64,000 nucleotides of DNA from Candidatus Bathyarchaeota archaeon (GCA_963767735.1 CAVYES010000005.1:256001-320000); one strand, 5' to 3'; numbered from the stretch's first letter, positions 29,748 to 40,610 are shown. Notes: generated by a model from the sequence alone, not told the origin. Translations and numbers: made by a program.

Positions 29748-30948
29748 TTGAAAAACGATTACGATATAATCATTGTAGGAGCTGGACCCGCTGGATTATC
29801 TACTGCTAAAGCTGTATCTGAAAAGGGTTTGCGTTGTCTTGTTTTAGATAAGAGTAGGGAAATTGGTTTTCCCGTGCGAACCAGTGGAGGTTCATGGATA
29901 CAGGATATGCTTGACCTCAAAATTCCAGAAACCTGTTACAATCCCGTCTCAGAAGTTTCATTCGTGGCACCAACTGAAAAGGCAACGCTTAGTTTTGACA
30001 AGCCTGTCGCATGTATTCTTGACGTGACTGAACTTAATAGATTTCTTGCTTGCCGCGCAAAACACTTCGGAACAGAACTTTTGCTTGAAAGTCAAGTTAA
30101 TGATGTATTAATCGAAGAAGGATTCGTAACTGGAGTAGAGGCAAATATTGACGGCAGAGTTCAAAAAATCCGTTCCAGAATAGTTGTTGACGCCTCAGGT
30201 TTGAGTGCTACACTGGCCAAAAAAGTTGGCTTACTTAAATATTGGCCAAGAGTAGCACTTGGAGTACAATTTGACGTAGCGTCACCTAAAATTAACCCGG
30301 AAAAAGTTGTGTTATACGTTGGAAACAAAATTGCCCCAGCAGGTTACGGATGGGTCTTTCCTTGGAAGAACAACAGAGCCAGAATAGGCGTCGGTATAAT
30401 AAGGCCCGATTCTTTCGCCAACCCGCTTAGGTATGCGCAAGACTTGTTGAATAACGATCAGCTAGTTGGACTAAAAAATGATTTCAAGATCTTAGGCAAA
30501 GAAGCAGGGGTCTTTCCGTCATCAGGTCCTCTTGAAAAAACCATCGCAAACGGTTTTGTGGCAGTTGGAGATTCAGCGGGTCAAGGTTCTCCGTTACACG
30601 GGGAAGGAATCAGATATGCAATCTACTTTGGCATTATGGCTGGTACAACCATATGCGACGCTTTTCAGAAAAAAAATTTTTCGACAAAAACCCTGCAAAA
30701 GTACGAAAAGAGCTTGGAGACAAAAAGAGGGAAGGAACTTCAGAATTGGGCTTGCCATCCAAAAACGGATATCAAAGTATGATGACGCTCAATGGGATTC
30801 AAGCGTGAGATACCTGGGAAAAATCGGATTAAACGACCCCGAAACCGTTATTCAATTATTTAGAACAGACTTCTCATACAGAAATCTCTGGCGAACTTTC
30901 CAGCACTCACCAATTCAAGCTCTAAAAACTCTTCTAAGAGGCATGTAA
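29748..30948 (+). CDS. geranylgeranyl reductase family flavoprotein, frameshift near 30710
   Basis: IVGAGPAG, VDASG, GYGWVFP, VGDSAG..P..GEGI. Confidence 0.85.
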
Positions 30949-31082
30949 AACATACATTCCTGACTATGATAAAAAAAAGGCAAGTTTTGAAGTTTCTCTG
31001 TTCTCTGTATTATGTGTGCTACCATTGATTCTGTATTTTAGGAAAATATAACTTCAAAGAAAAAGATTGAGCTTGGAACCTA

Positions 31083-32000
31083 TCAGGGAGCCGGTGGTGG
31101 AGGCGGTGGAGGCGGCAGAGGTGTCTTTTGGCGTCTTCTAAGTAACATCAGAACGGCGATGACAACAACAATAACGGCTACCACGACGGCTATAGTCAAT
31201 ATTGGCAATTGTGCGGTTGCTGTCGAGCCGGTGGGCGAAGGGGTCGGCTGAGGCGATGTGCCATTCGCCAAGGTCAAGGAATCAACCAATAATGAGTAGC
31301 TTGCTATTTCATCTGTTAATTGTGGTGTGTCATCTGTGGGTGATGCAAAAAAATGTAAAGCGTCAGTAGGGGCAAACGAGGGAGTTAGCTCATCTGTGAA
31401 GTTCAACCCTATCACTGTTCCGTTACTGTTATAAAATGTTGCAACTACCCATGGATGTTGATCCACTTGAGTTCCATTGTTCAGAATGGTTCCGTCAATA
31501 TAATATGTGCCGTTGCCGGGAATGTAGGGAGCGCTGCCTCCTGGATTCGGAATTATCACACCGGCATATTGTCTGTCCTTTGTATCAGTAACTGAAGTAA
31601 CTGTAACTTGGACGGTGCTGACTGAAGAGACCCAGCTTAGGTCGGGTGTGGAACTGCTCGCCGCATTAAAGTCTAGGTAGAACGGAGCCTTTTGCCCAGG
31701 AAGCGTATCGTAAACGAATGCTTGGGTGGCGGTTTGTGCCAGCTCCGTTTCGGTTGAGCTGAAAGCGGTGCCTTGGATAGTTACGTTTCCTATGATGTTT
31801 GAACCCACATTCTCTACTTCACCTACCACAATCAAGTCGCCAGGTTCCGATGCTAAAACAGTGTTTGAAGGGGCAACATACCGGCTGTATGAGAGAACGG
31901 TGGCTTCAGATGTGGACGCTTTCACACTTCGCGTAGACAATAGGCTAAACGCAGCTAAAACTAAAATTGCGATAATTACAATAGTTGTTATTTTTTTCAA
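31083..32000 (-). CDS. secreted, membrane-anchored protein with two FxLYD-like Ig domains and a poly-Pro tail
   Basis: Signal peptide; GEVENVG and GTILNNG repeats; ATFYNSNG; C-terminal TM, RRRQK and a Pro run. Confidence 0.72.
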   Translation of the reverse strand: MKKITTIVIIAILVLAAFSLLSTRSVKASTSEATVLSYSRYVAPSNTVLASEPGDLIVVGEVENVGSNIIGNVTIQGTAFSSTETELAQTATQAFVYDTLPGQKAPFYLDFNAASSSTPDLSWVSSVSTVQVTVTSVTDTKDRQYAGVIIPNPGGSAPYIPGNGTYYIDGTILNNGTQVDQHPWVVATFYNSNGTVIGLNFTDELTPSFAPTDALHFFASPTDDTPQLTDEIASYSLLVDSLTLANGTSPQPTPSPTGSTATAQLPILTIAVVVAVIVVVIAVLMLLRRRQKTPLPPPPPPPPAP

Positions 32001-32609
32001 ATTCTCTTCGCTTCGACGTTGGACTGGTTTGTTTGATAAGGTATTTTTTAGTTTATTAAGGTTTTCATATTTATGCAGGTTCTATTGAGTTGCTTGTTAC
32101 GTGTAAATGAATCATGAATGATGATAGAGTTAGTTTTGGAATCATTCGATTCTTAGACGAAACTTAGACCTATAAAATCACGTTTTTCTTTCAGTGAAAG
32201 ATGAATTTTTAATCTACCGATTCTTATTTGGGTAGTTATGAGTAAGGACCTGCAACGTGTACTAGGGTTTACTGGCTTTTTTGCCGCTGCAACAGTGGCT
32301 ATGGAACGCTCTGCTGTTCGCTTCTGGGATAGTTTACATGGTCATAAGAAAAATATGAGAGTGGCTAATCGCTTTTTTTCTCAGCGGAGGAAATTGTCGA
32401 GCATCTTTGTTAATCTTTTCCTATTCTCTACATAACAAATCTAAGAACGCTTTTCACAATTGTGGAAGTTCAAATAGTGGATGAGGCTTTACTGAAATGC
32501 TTTGGTTTCTTGATTTTTCTGTTTAGCTAGATCGAAAAATTGTTGTTGTATCAACTTGCCAACCATACAAATTTAAAAACAAAACCAGTCACAGTTAGTT
32601 TGATGTATT

Positions 32610-32714
32610 ATGAAAGACGATTTTGAGTGCCCGTGGTGTGGCTCAAATTTTGAAGACGGCAAAGAACTACATTTGCATGCACAAAAACATTATAGATCTT
32701 CAGTACAAGCATAA
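32610..32714 (+). CDS. 34-aa C2H2 zinc-finger microprotein
   Basis: MKDDFECPWCGSNFEDGKELHLHAQKHYRSSVQA fits F-x-C-x2-C-x3-F-x5-L-x2-H-x3-H; TTTAAA about 35 bp upstream. Confidence 0.75.
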   Translation: MKDDFECPWCGSNFEDGKELHLHAQKHYRSSVQA

Positions 32715-32941
32715 TTTCTAAGAAACCTCCTGCTTCTGCCGATTTTTCTTAGTGTGGAATTTTTCAGTTCGCAGTGGCGGGTCAGATACTGATGTAGACT
32801 TACAGCTTGTTCTAGTTGAAAGATGATTTACTGAAAGTCAAATCCCCCGATATTCTTAGAAATTCTTAATCCTTTAAGGCTGAAAAACAGGAAAAGTTAT
32901 GATTGATGAAGAAATGGTACTTTACGTCATAACGTTTTTAT

Positions 32942-33223
32942 ATGCTACATCAAGAAATCAAGCCAGCGATGGCTATGAATAGACAAGAAGCAGTTAAGGT
33001 GCTGCAAGAGATACTATGTGAATGTGATGGGTCAATCTCCATGAGCTCAGTTTCACTTTCGCCTATTACACCAAATAAAGCGCAGAGTTCTTCTTTCGAG
33101 TTGCGAATAAACTGCAGGCTTGATGACTCTTTGAGAACGTGCATCAACGCTGTTCTTGAGAGACACAAGTTAGCCATGAAAGAATTAGGTACATCATTGG
33201 TGATTTACCGCCCCAGAACTTAA
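32942..33223 (+). CDS. small hypothetical protein (start probably MNRQEAV)
   Basis: Compact alpha/beta-looking ORF followed by an A/T-rich tract. Confidence 0.6.
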   Translation: MLHQEIKPAMAMNRQEAVKVLQEILCECDGSISMSSVSLSPITPNKAQSSSFELRINCRLDDSLRTCINAVLERHKLAMKELGTSLVIYRPRT

Positions 33224-33588
33224 AAAAACGCGCCAATTATCAAATAATTCTTACCCACGATTTATTCTTAATTTTATGTTCTTAACGTATCTCCCAAATC
33301 TTAGAAGTGTTTTTAGTTTAGGCTTGCCTTGTTTTAAATCTGGGAAAAAGAAGTGGTTGATATTAAACCTGTAAATTTGATAGGGCAAAAAGGGTGATTA
33401 AGCGAATTTAGCCGAGTGCTAACATCGATACGGCGCAAAAATGGTGATGTACGCCTTATCTTATTTAGCAGCCAAACTCGCTTAACAAGGTGGCTCTTGA
33501 TTAATTCCTTTTTCTTTCTGTAGTCAGCTACGATTGTAAAGAAAATAAAATAATGTTGGCACAAATTGAAACAACAATCGATCAGTTG

Positions 33589-35181
33589 TTAAGTGAATTT
33601 ATACGTGATTTTCGCGTCATTCCTTTTTTTGGAAATCTTGACTTCGGCTTGTTCGCTGTTTATTCCGTGCCAAATAATTTTATAGCCGAGTTGAGTTAAG
33701 GCGCAGGATGCGTCGCTTACTCCTTGAGCTTCAATTAGCCTTATTGCTTGGGTAAGAGGTAGTTTTGCTGATTGTTTTAGGCAATCTTCGATTTGATTGT
33801 TTATTTGAATTAACTTCTCTTTGCTTACTAAAATATTGGGCATCGCCACGTAGCCTGTGGGAGAATTAACTGTTAGAACTGCTTTGGCGGCTTCTGTGGA
33901 AATGCCAATTCTTGCTGCAAACTCGTCGTAGGAGACAACTGGCTCCGTAAATTTAACGTGGAGGTTCTCTAAGAATTTGATCTCTCTGTCTTTAACTCCT
34001 TCAAAAGCGGTTTCTAAGTAACGCAGAATTGAAGCGAGAGGAATTTTGTCATGATAGTAAATGAAGTTCAATTGTGTGCGCTTCTCCAGTGCGGTGAGTT
34101 TCTCACATGCCAAAGCTTCATCGACCAGCAGAAGCATCTTTGCCTCTACGTGCTTTAGCTTTTCTGCTTTTCTCAGTAAGTATTCTTCAGTCCAGAACCC
34201 CACAATCTCCAAATAGATTTTGACGCCGGCTCTTTCAAGAGAAAAATCGGGTATTATCACTTGAGTTCCCGCAGGGACGGGTTCGGGTTCTCTTTTCAAA
34301 GTCCAACCGGATTTCACAGCTTGAAACTGCAGAGCAAAGCTCTCTTCGGCGGCGCTATCGTAGGTTTGAGGCGGCAAATTGGGTTTCTTAAAAAGTGCGC
34401 CTTGTTTTTGGCTTTCGATTTTGAAGTTGCAGATTTCGTTTGTGTATTTCCACAGTATCTTCGCGGTGATGGTCCATTCGGGGTTAGCGACAATTATTGG
34501 CAGTAGTTTGGCCATGCTGACTCCATATCTTTTCGTGAGTTTGAAGAGGCTGGCTGGGCCGTCGATTTTCACCCACAAACCATTGTCGCGATAAACCTCG
34601 TAGATTAAACCCAGTTTTTTCACGAAATAAAACAGGCTCTGCCAGTTGCCGGAAGCCGTGAAAGTCAGTTCTGTGGCGTCAAATAGAAGCGTCTGTGACA
34701 GACTAAGATTGTACTGTTCCAGCAGTTCATATGCTAAGGGTGGGGTAAACTTTTCAAGAATCAACTCGTCATCTAAGTCAGCGTACAGATGCGCCTCAAG
34801 GTTTTCTGTTGTCACCGCCATTTCTGAAGCGACATCGTCGATTATTCTTCGTCGCTTTTCTGGAGTGGTGGGCACACCAACCTTTTCTGTTGCTTGAAAG
34901 ATTTTTCTCCTTAAATCTACTGGGTTGATTTTGCTGTTGCAGACAAATGTGCCTGTTCGGTCCAACAGCAAAGCTAATGCCCTAACGAAGCGATATTCGT
35001 ATCCTCTATTCTCAAGGTCGGTGACTATGGCTTTTAGAACTTTTTTCTTTTCTCCAACATGTTCCTTGTACGCCTCGATGAGGCAGCCTGCAACCTCGAG
35101 GTTGTCGTTGGAAAGCTTGGAGTAGCGGGGCAGGATCTCACCTTTCCTCTTCCAGACCACGAGCAGGTTACTTGGAAGCAC
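33589..35181 (-). CDS. bax1: DUF790/Bax1 endonuclease
   Basis: LYADL, YNLSL.QTLLF, DGPASLF....RYG, IPDF, LEIVGFWT..YL..K; coupled to XPB. Confidence 0.88.
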   Translation of the reverse strand: MLPSNLLVVWKRKGEILPRYSKLSNDNLEVAGCLIEAYKEHVGEKKKVLKAIVTDLENRGYEYRFVRALALLLDRTGTFVCNSKINPVDLRRKIFQATEKVGVPTTPEKRRRIIDDVASEMAVTTENLEAHLYADLDDELILEKFTPPLAYELLEQYNLSLSQTLLFDATELTFTASGNWQSLFYFVKKLGLIYEVYRDNGLWVKIDGPASLFKLTKRYGVSMAKLLPIIVANPEWTITAKILWKYTNEICNFKIESQKQGALFKKPNLPPQTYDSAAEESFALQFQAVKSGWTLKREPEPVPAGTQVIIPDFSLERAGVKIYLEIVGFWTEEYLLRKAEKLKHVEAKMLLLVDEALACEKLTALEKRTQLNFIYYHDKIPLASILRYLETAFEGVKDREIKFLENLHVKFTEPVVSYDEFAARIGISTEAAKAVLTVNSPTGYVAMPNILVSKEKLIQINNQIEDCLKQSAKLPLTQAIRLIEAQGVSDASCALTQLGYKIIWHGINSEQAEVKISKKRNDAKITYKFT

Positions 35182-36530
35182 TATGATGCCTCTTCAGTGG
35201 TTAGGCGTCGCCTGCGGCTGATGCCAACTTCCACGGTTTCCTTGGAAATGATTTCTATTAGTTTGGCGGTTTTGCCTTCTTTCTTTCTAAGAAGCCGTCC
35301 TAGCCTTTGCACGTGTTCGCGTGCGCTTCCAGTTCCGCCAAGGATTAAGCCGACTGACGCGTCTGGAACATCTACGCCCTCGTCGAGAACCTGGGATGTA
35401 ACTATGACTTTGTATTTGCCGTTTCCAAAGTTTGTTAATATCTCGCGGCGCTCCTCCCTCGTGGTCTGATAGGTAACGGCTGGAATCAGAAAACGCCTAC
35501 TAATAGTATAGACCAAGTCATTGTACAGTGTGAAAATCAGAATCTTCTCGTCTCTGTACGTTTCTAGTCTTTCGGCTAACAGGTTAAGTTTTTCCTCGGA
35601 GTTAACTGCGACTCTTAAGGCGCGGTTTCGAGCGAGAAGTGCTTCTCTAGCATGTGGGTCTCTGCCAGTCGTCATTATGAACCTCTGAAAATCAGCTGCG
35701 TTTTTCAGGACGATTTTTTTCTGGCGAAGATAGTTCTTAAAGACGCTCATTTCGGCTTCGTAGGTTTGTTGCTCTTCAGGGGTCAGTTCGACTGATACTT
35801 TCTCGTACGTGTAGGGTGAGAGGTGTTTTCCTGCGAGTTCTTCAATGTCGACAGAGTAAACTGGGTCGCCTACAATTAACGGAAGAAGTGCGTGTCTCTG
35901 GTCGCTTCTCTCGTAGGTGGCGGTTAAGCCCATGCGATAAGGCGCAATGTACATCTCGCCTATTTGCATATAACCAGGAGAAGCTAAGTGATGCACCTCA
36001 TCAAAAACCAAGAACATAAACCTGTTTCCTAACTGCGCTGCCTGCGAGTAAGCTGAATCATAAGTTGCAACTGTCACCATGCGTATGATGTTTTCGCCTC
36101 CGCCTACGACGCCGGCTTCCACGCCGAGGCATTCTCTCACTCTTTTTCTCCATTGGTCAATTAGATCCAATGTTGGAACAATTATCAAAGTCTGTGTTCT
36201 GAGCAGATCAATTGCCTTGAGTGCGATGAAAGTTTTTCCGGCTGCTGTGGGCAAAATCAATACTCCTCTGTTGCCCGCGTGACACCAGTTGTCTAAGGCT
36301 TTGTTCTGGTAAGTCCTCAACTCCACGTTACTCTTTAATTGTTCGATTGGAGGCGGATTGGGAACGTCATCATCGTATCTGATTCCGCTCTCCTTAAAAT
36401 ATTCCAAAGCGTCCTTGTAGTGACTGGCCTTCAGTCTGTAACAGCCGCATCGGGAATCCCATTTACCATATGGAGTTCCAATCTCCCCTTTCAAAAGAAG
36501 GGTGCCCTTGTCAAACCACAAACGCAGCAT
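35181..36530 (-). CDS. xpb: XPB/Rad25-like SF2 helicase
   Basis: LRTYQ, PTAAGKT, DEVHH, GLTAT, DEGVD, QRLGRLLR. Confidence 0.9.
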   Translation of the reverse strand: MLRLWFDKGTLLLKGEIGTPYGKWDSRCGCYRLKASHYKDALEYFKESGIRYDDDVPNPPPIEQLKSNVELRTYQNKALDNWCHAGNRGVLILPTAAGKTFIALKAIDLLRTQTLIIVPTLDLIDQWRKRVRECLGVEAGVVGGGENIIRMVTVATYDSAYSQAAQLGNRFMFLVFDEVHHLASPGYMQIGEMYIAPYRMGLTATYERSDQRHALLPLIVGDPVYSVDIEELAGKHLSPYTYEKVSVELTPEEQQTYEAEMSVFKNYLRQKKIVLKNAADFQRFIMTTGRDPHAREALLARNRALRVAVNSEEKLNLLAERLETYRDEKILIFTLYNDLVYTISRRFLIPAVTYQTTREERREILTNFGNGKYKVIVTSQVLDEGVDVPDASVGLILGGTGSAREHVQRLGRLLRKKEGKTAKLIEIISKETVEVGISRRRRLTTEEAS

Positions 36531-36960
36531 GACGATTACTCCCGCTTCTAATCAATTAAACTTACGCCAACTTTATCAGGAGAAGTTAAATGCAAAGTAA
36601 GAAGCAGCCAATCAGAACGCTAGGGTGAAAGTAGCTTACTAAATACTTCGAGTCTTGAGATCGACAATGCTTTATCTTGAATTCAATTTCCGCAGTATGT
36701 AGAAAAGTGCACGCGGGTAAAACGAGACCATCTGAGTTTTTGCTGATTGAGTATTAGCGCTCGCTACGTCATTCTTTTTCGAGGGTTGAAGTTCGATTTT
36801 TTTTCTGTTTTTACGGAAATGTATCTTTCTTCGACATACATAATCTTGTTTATTAAGTCATAATATTTAAAGGGTCAACGAATGAACTTACTTAATAATC
36901 CAAAGGAGGGTTGAAAAAACAAAAGCGCGCTCTTCAAGCGTTATTTTGGGTGAATAAAGA

Positions 36961-37686
36961 ATGTTTTTTAAAAGGCAGATTTTTGTAGCAACCGCTATAG
37001 GCGTAATTATGCTTATGAGTGGATTACTAGGTACGGCTAATCCACAGCCTCAAGTCACAGGAGTTGAATCCATTCTGAGTATCTCTCAAATATCAGCGAC
37101 TCCCCAATTTTTCTTTCAACAAAATCTCTACTTAGTCAGCACTATTGGCGAACCAACCTACTGGATTCAAGCATTCTTCCTTTATACTCCAACAACTATG
37201 CTAAGCCTTTTTCTGAATGTAAATGGAAAATGGGTTGCAAGTAATATGCCAAATTACATACAGGTTGCTTTTCCCTCAAATTTAACCCTCCAAACCTACA
37301 TCGGCAACAACAGTCAACTGTACACAGCACTCAAATATAACGACGCAACTGCGTTAATTTTGAAGTGGAATTTCACGAGCATCGACTCAACATACAGTTT
37401 TAGCAATCAATTAATCAAGGATGATAAAGGCTATGTTGGAAACGAAATGATTTTTGAAACACCAAACCTAAAAGGATTAGCGACAGCAGAAAAATATATT
37501 AATGGAAAATGGGTACCGGCTACAAAACTAGGACTTGTGGACAACTTAGGCGATCAATCAACTGTCTACTACAGTTCATCAATGGAACACACATCTTCTC
37601 TAACTTTCTCAATTATCAAAGGCATAGCCTACTTCTGTCCGAACTACGCAAACAATAGCGCCTACACGGGCATTATAATAAAATAG
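36961..37686 (+). CDS. secreted beta-rich protein, weakly thermopsin-like
   Basis: Signal peptide; QQNLYL...YWIQ segment; several N-x-S/T sequons. Confidence 0.55.
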   Translation: MFFKRQIFVATAIGVIMLMSGLLGTANPQPQVTGVESILSISQISATPQFFFQQNLYLVSTIGEPTYWIQAFFLYTPTTMLSLFLNVNGKWVASNMPNYIQVAFPSNLTLQTYIGNNSQLYTALKYNDATALILKWNFTSIDSTYSFSNQLIKDDKGYVGNEMIFETPNLKGLATAEKYINGKWVPATKLGLVDNLGDQSTVYYSSSMEHTSSLTFSIIKGIAYFCPNYANNSAYTGIIIK

Positions 37687-37729
37687 CTCGCTCGCGTATC
37701 TAACTGACCTCATATTTATCAAAAAGTCA

Positions 37730-37920
37730 GCAAGAAGACCTCTGGTCTTGACCAGAGGCTGAATTGCGTAGTCTAGTTGTTTGTTCCTCAATGTAACGTT
37801 GGATTGTTTCGGGAAACGTGCCATGCTGATCAGCGTGCGTAGTTGTTCATAGATTAGTTTGCGAAGTGTTGATGCTTCTAGCTTTGCTCGCATGCGTGCT
37901 GGGTAACCAAGTTTGAAATG
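37730..37920 (-). mobile_element. degraded IS200/IS605 relic (TnpA C-terminus plus end hairpin)
   Basis: Minus strand encodes HVS/ETIQRYIEEQ; 9-bp hairpin CCTCTGGTC-TT-GACCAGAGG at 37739-37758 within a GCAATTCA...TCTTGC context. Confidence 0.7.
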
Positions 37921-38106
37921 CGGTATGGTTTTAATGAAATGTGTTCTTAACTCTAAGCATAAAAAAGTTTTCGAATGCTAAAAGTTATTTGTGAGGTTAT
38001 TGTCAATCTAAGAAATCCTAAAAAAAGAAAACTAAAAAAAGAAAAAAGGATAATGTGGAACGTGTGCGTGCGCGTGAGTAGCGGTCGGTTTTTGGTGTTG
38101 GAGTTT

Positions 38107-39990
38107 TTATTTTCGTCTCTTCTTTGCAATAATAACCGCGGACAAGACTATGATCATAAAGGCAAGTAAAGTAATTCCTAGCAATTGACCAGGAAATTCT
38201 GGAATCGTCGGTGTTGGGGCGGCAGTTGGTTTAGCGGTTGGGGCGGCAGTTGGGGCATGAGTTGGGGAAGCAGTTGTAGCTGGTGGAGCGGTGGGTGCAG
38301 TGGTTGTTTGAATTGGCGGTGCTGTTGGTGCAGCTGTTGGTGCAGCTGTTGGTGCAGCTGTTGGTGCAGCTGTTGGTGCAGCTGTTGGTGCAGCTGTTGG
38401 TGCAGCTGTTGGTGCAGCTGTTGGTGCAGCTGTTGGTGCAGGTGTTGCGGTTGGGCTTGGAGTGGGTGATGGGGTTGGTGCCAGCTGTTCGGTTTCTACT
38501 GTACCAGAAATTATTCCTGAGGGTATCGCGGTTAACTGTAAGTTAACGCCTGATGTAACTGCGCTAACCGTTACTGATACTCCGGATTGCATTACCGTTG
38601 TGTACTCGTCTGCTGATGCTGTTACGGTGTATGTTCCCGTTGTTGTCAGACCCGTTGATATTGTATAGTCTCCTGAGCTGTCTGTTGTGGCTGAGCCTTC
38701 GGCAAATGTTATGGGATCTTCCGCGGTTACAGAGGCTCCATCTATTGGGTTACCCAGTGTGTCGGTGACTTTTCCTGTTATTGTTCCTGAAGCTGCAATG
38801 GTGAGTTGTATGTTTTCTCCTGAAGTTTTTAGCCCCTGAGTCACGGCTACGCCTGAAATGGAGTTAAAACTTTCGCCGTAGAAGGCTTCAACTGTGTAGG
38901 TGCCTGTTCCCAGATCAGTTGTAATTTGGTATACTCCTGCTGAATTAGTGGTTGCAGAGCCGAAGTAAGTGCCATCGGCGGAGGAGGCAATAACGTCTGC
39001 GCCTGCAATGGGTGTACCACCTACTGTATTAGTGACTGTTCCTGAGATTATGCCGGAAAGCGGTAGAGCCAGGTTTTCTCCTGAAGATGTTTGTCCTTGG
39101 GTCACTGCGAAAGATGCAGTTGTTTCGGGCAGGTAGTTGGTTGGGAAAAATGCTGTTACGTTGTATGTTCCTGTGCCTAAGTTGTTGTCCATTGTGTATT
39201 GTCCATTGCTATTTGTCGTTGCACTTCCAGAATATTGGCCGTTTGATGATTCCGCAATAACGCTAATACCTGAAAGGGCCGCGTGAGAGTTTGCATCGGT
39301 GACTGTTCCTGAAATAGTGGCTGATATTGGGAGAGCAAAGTTAACGTTTGCGGTTGTGGCGCCTGCGTTCACTGTGATTGGGCTAACAGATTGATACAAG
39401 TATGGTCCTTCGAAGGCATAAGCGCTTACGTTGTAGGTTCCTGTTGGTAGGTTTGTGTTTATTTCATAGTTTCCGTTGCTGTCAGTGAATGTAGAGAAAC
39501 CGCTTGGAGAGTCTGCACCTGTCGAGTTTTCCGCTGTCACAATTACGTCTGCTACTGGGAGACCTGTTGAGGCATCGGTTACATGACCAGTTATGATTCC
39601 TGACTCAGTTACAAATATGGTTTCGCCAGAAGTTGTTTGGCCCGCTGTGACTGCAACGTTGTCGAGTTCTGCGTCAACGTAGCCGGTGGCGAGAGTTGTT
39701 AATGAATAAGTGCCAGTGCCCAGGTAGCTTGTGATGCTATATTGTCCTTGAGCGTTTGTGACAGCTGAGCCTTCACCGTTGCCAGATGCTGAGACCGTAA
39801 CGTTTGGAACTGGGAAGGGAGGTTGAGCTGAGGCTCGTCGCGGAACTGAAGCAACGCCTAATATCGCTGCGGCGATTAAGCCTACTAAAAGTATGGTCAT
39901 CAATAAATTGGCTGCTGCTTTGGCTTTGTTTTGGTTACCTGACATATGATGTGCTAATGCTAAAATTGATATTCTTGAGGTTTTTTTCAT
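38107..39990 (-). CDS. cell-surface protein with about five carboxypeptidase-regulatory-like repeats, PTAA linker and PEF-CTERM-like signal
   Basis: Repeats I.G.VTD...T.S.G.Y.I...L.TGTY.V.A; IPEFP + TM + KKRRK. Confidence 0.85.
   Translation of the reverse strand: MKKTSRISILALAHHMSGNQNKAKAAANLLMTILLVGLIAAAILGVASVPRRASAQPPFPVPNVTVSASGNGEGSAVTNAQGQYSITSYLGTGTYSLTTLATGYVDAELDNVAVTAGQTTSGETIFVTESGIITGHVTDASTGLPVADVIVTAENSTGADSPSGFSTFTDSNGNYEINTNLPTGTYNVSAYAFEGPYLYQSVSPITVNAGATTANVNFALPISATISGTVTDANSHAALSGISVIAESSNGQYSGSATTNSNGQYTMDNNLGTGTYNVTAFFPTNYLPETTASFAVTQGQTSSGENLALPLSGIISGTVTNTVGGTPIAGADVIASSADGTYFGSATTNSAGVYQITTDLGTGTYTVEAFYGESFNSISGVAVTQGLKTSGENIQLTIAASGTITGKVTDTLGNPIDGASVTAEDPITFAEGSATTDSSGDYTISTGLTTTGTYTVTASADEYTTVMQSGVSVTVSAVTSGVNLQLTAIPSGIISGTVETEQLAPTPSPTPSPTATPAPTAAPTAAPTAAPTAAPTAAPTAAPTAAPTAAPTAAPTAPPIQTTTAPTAPPATTASPTHAPTAAPTAKPTAAPTPTIPEFPGQLLGITLLAFMIIVLSAVIIAKKRRK
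38321..38440. repeat. perfect 12-bp tandem repeat (GCTGTTGGTGCA)x10 encoding (A-P-T-A)n
   Basis: Directly visible, 120 bp. Confidence 0.95.
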
Positions 39991-40475
39991 AAAAATCCCT
40001 AGTTTGTTCGACTTAAAATAACATCTTTAATTCCTAAGATTGATGTAGACTCTTAACTGATAAAAAACTATGTGACTGTCTCCACGCAATAACATGTTGC
40101 GCATAAAAGGCCCGTCTGGCTGTTTCCAAAATGGTAAAAGCAGGTGCAACTAGTTTTTTGGTTCTTTGGATTTTTTGTCAAGAGTACAATTCGGAACATG
40201 AGTTAAAAACAAAAAAATAGCTTTATCGCAAAATTTTGGTTTAAACTTGGGATGTTATTGTTTCGGATGATTCTGCAAAGTTCTCGGTTACTGACTTTTC
40301 TTGTCAAAAATCGGTTGCTGTCGTGAGATGGCTATTTTTAGGGTTCTGTTAACTTGGTAAGATACGACTTCTCCAAGTAAACTTTCAAGGGTTCTGGTTA
40401 ATCTACGAACTTTAACTAAATACATTCATTGAAAGCATACAAAATATTTAGACAGAGAGACTTAGCTAGTTTGAT

Positions 40476-40610
40476 TTATCGTAATTTTCTCTTTTGTCTT
40501 TTTAACTCAGATTCTTTTTCTCGTGGGGCTGCCTTGGCGTCGCTTAATGTAACAACTTCAACGGTGTTTCCAGCGATAACGACTTTAAATGCTACCATTT
40601 CCAATTCCAT
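40476..40610 (-). CDS. possible 44-aa protein MELEMVAFKVVIAGNTVEVVTLSDAKAAPREKESELKRQKRKLR
   Basis: GGTGA Shine-Dalgarno upstream; no recognised family. Confidence 0.35.
   Translation of the reverse strand: MELEMVAFKVVIAGNTVEVVTLSDAKAAPREKESELKRQKRKLR

Noticed and set aside
33589-36530. Helicase-nuclease pair as a new defence system
   Set aside because: Matches the known archaeal XPB-Bax1 repair pair
38185-38546. ORFs with (WCSC)n and (LLVQ)n repeats
   Set aside because: Alternative frames of the 12-bp PTAA repeat
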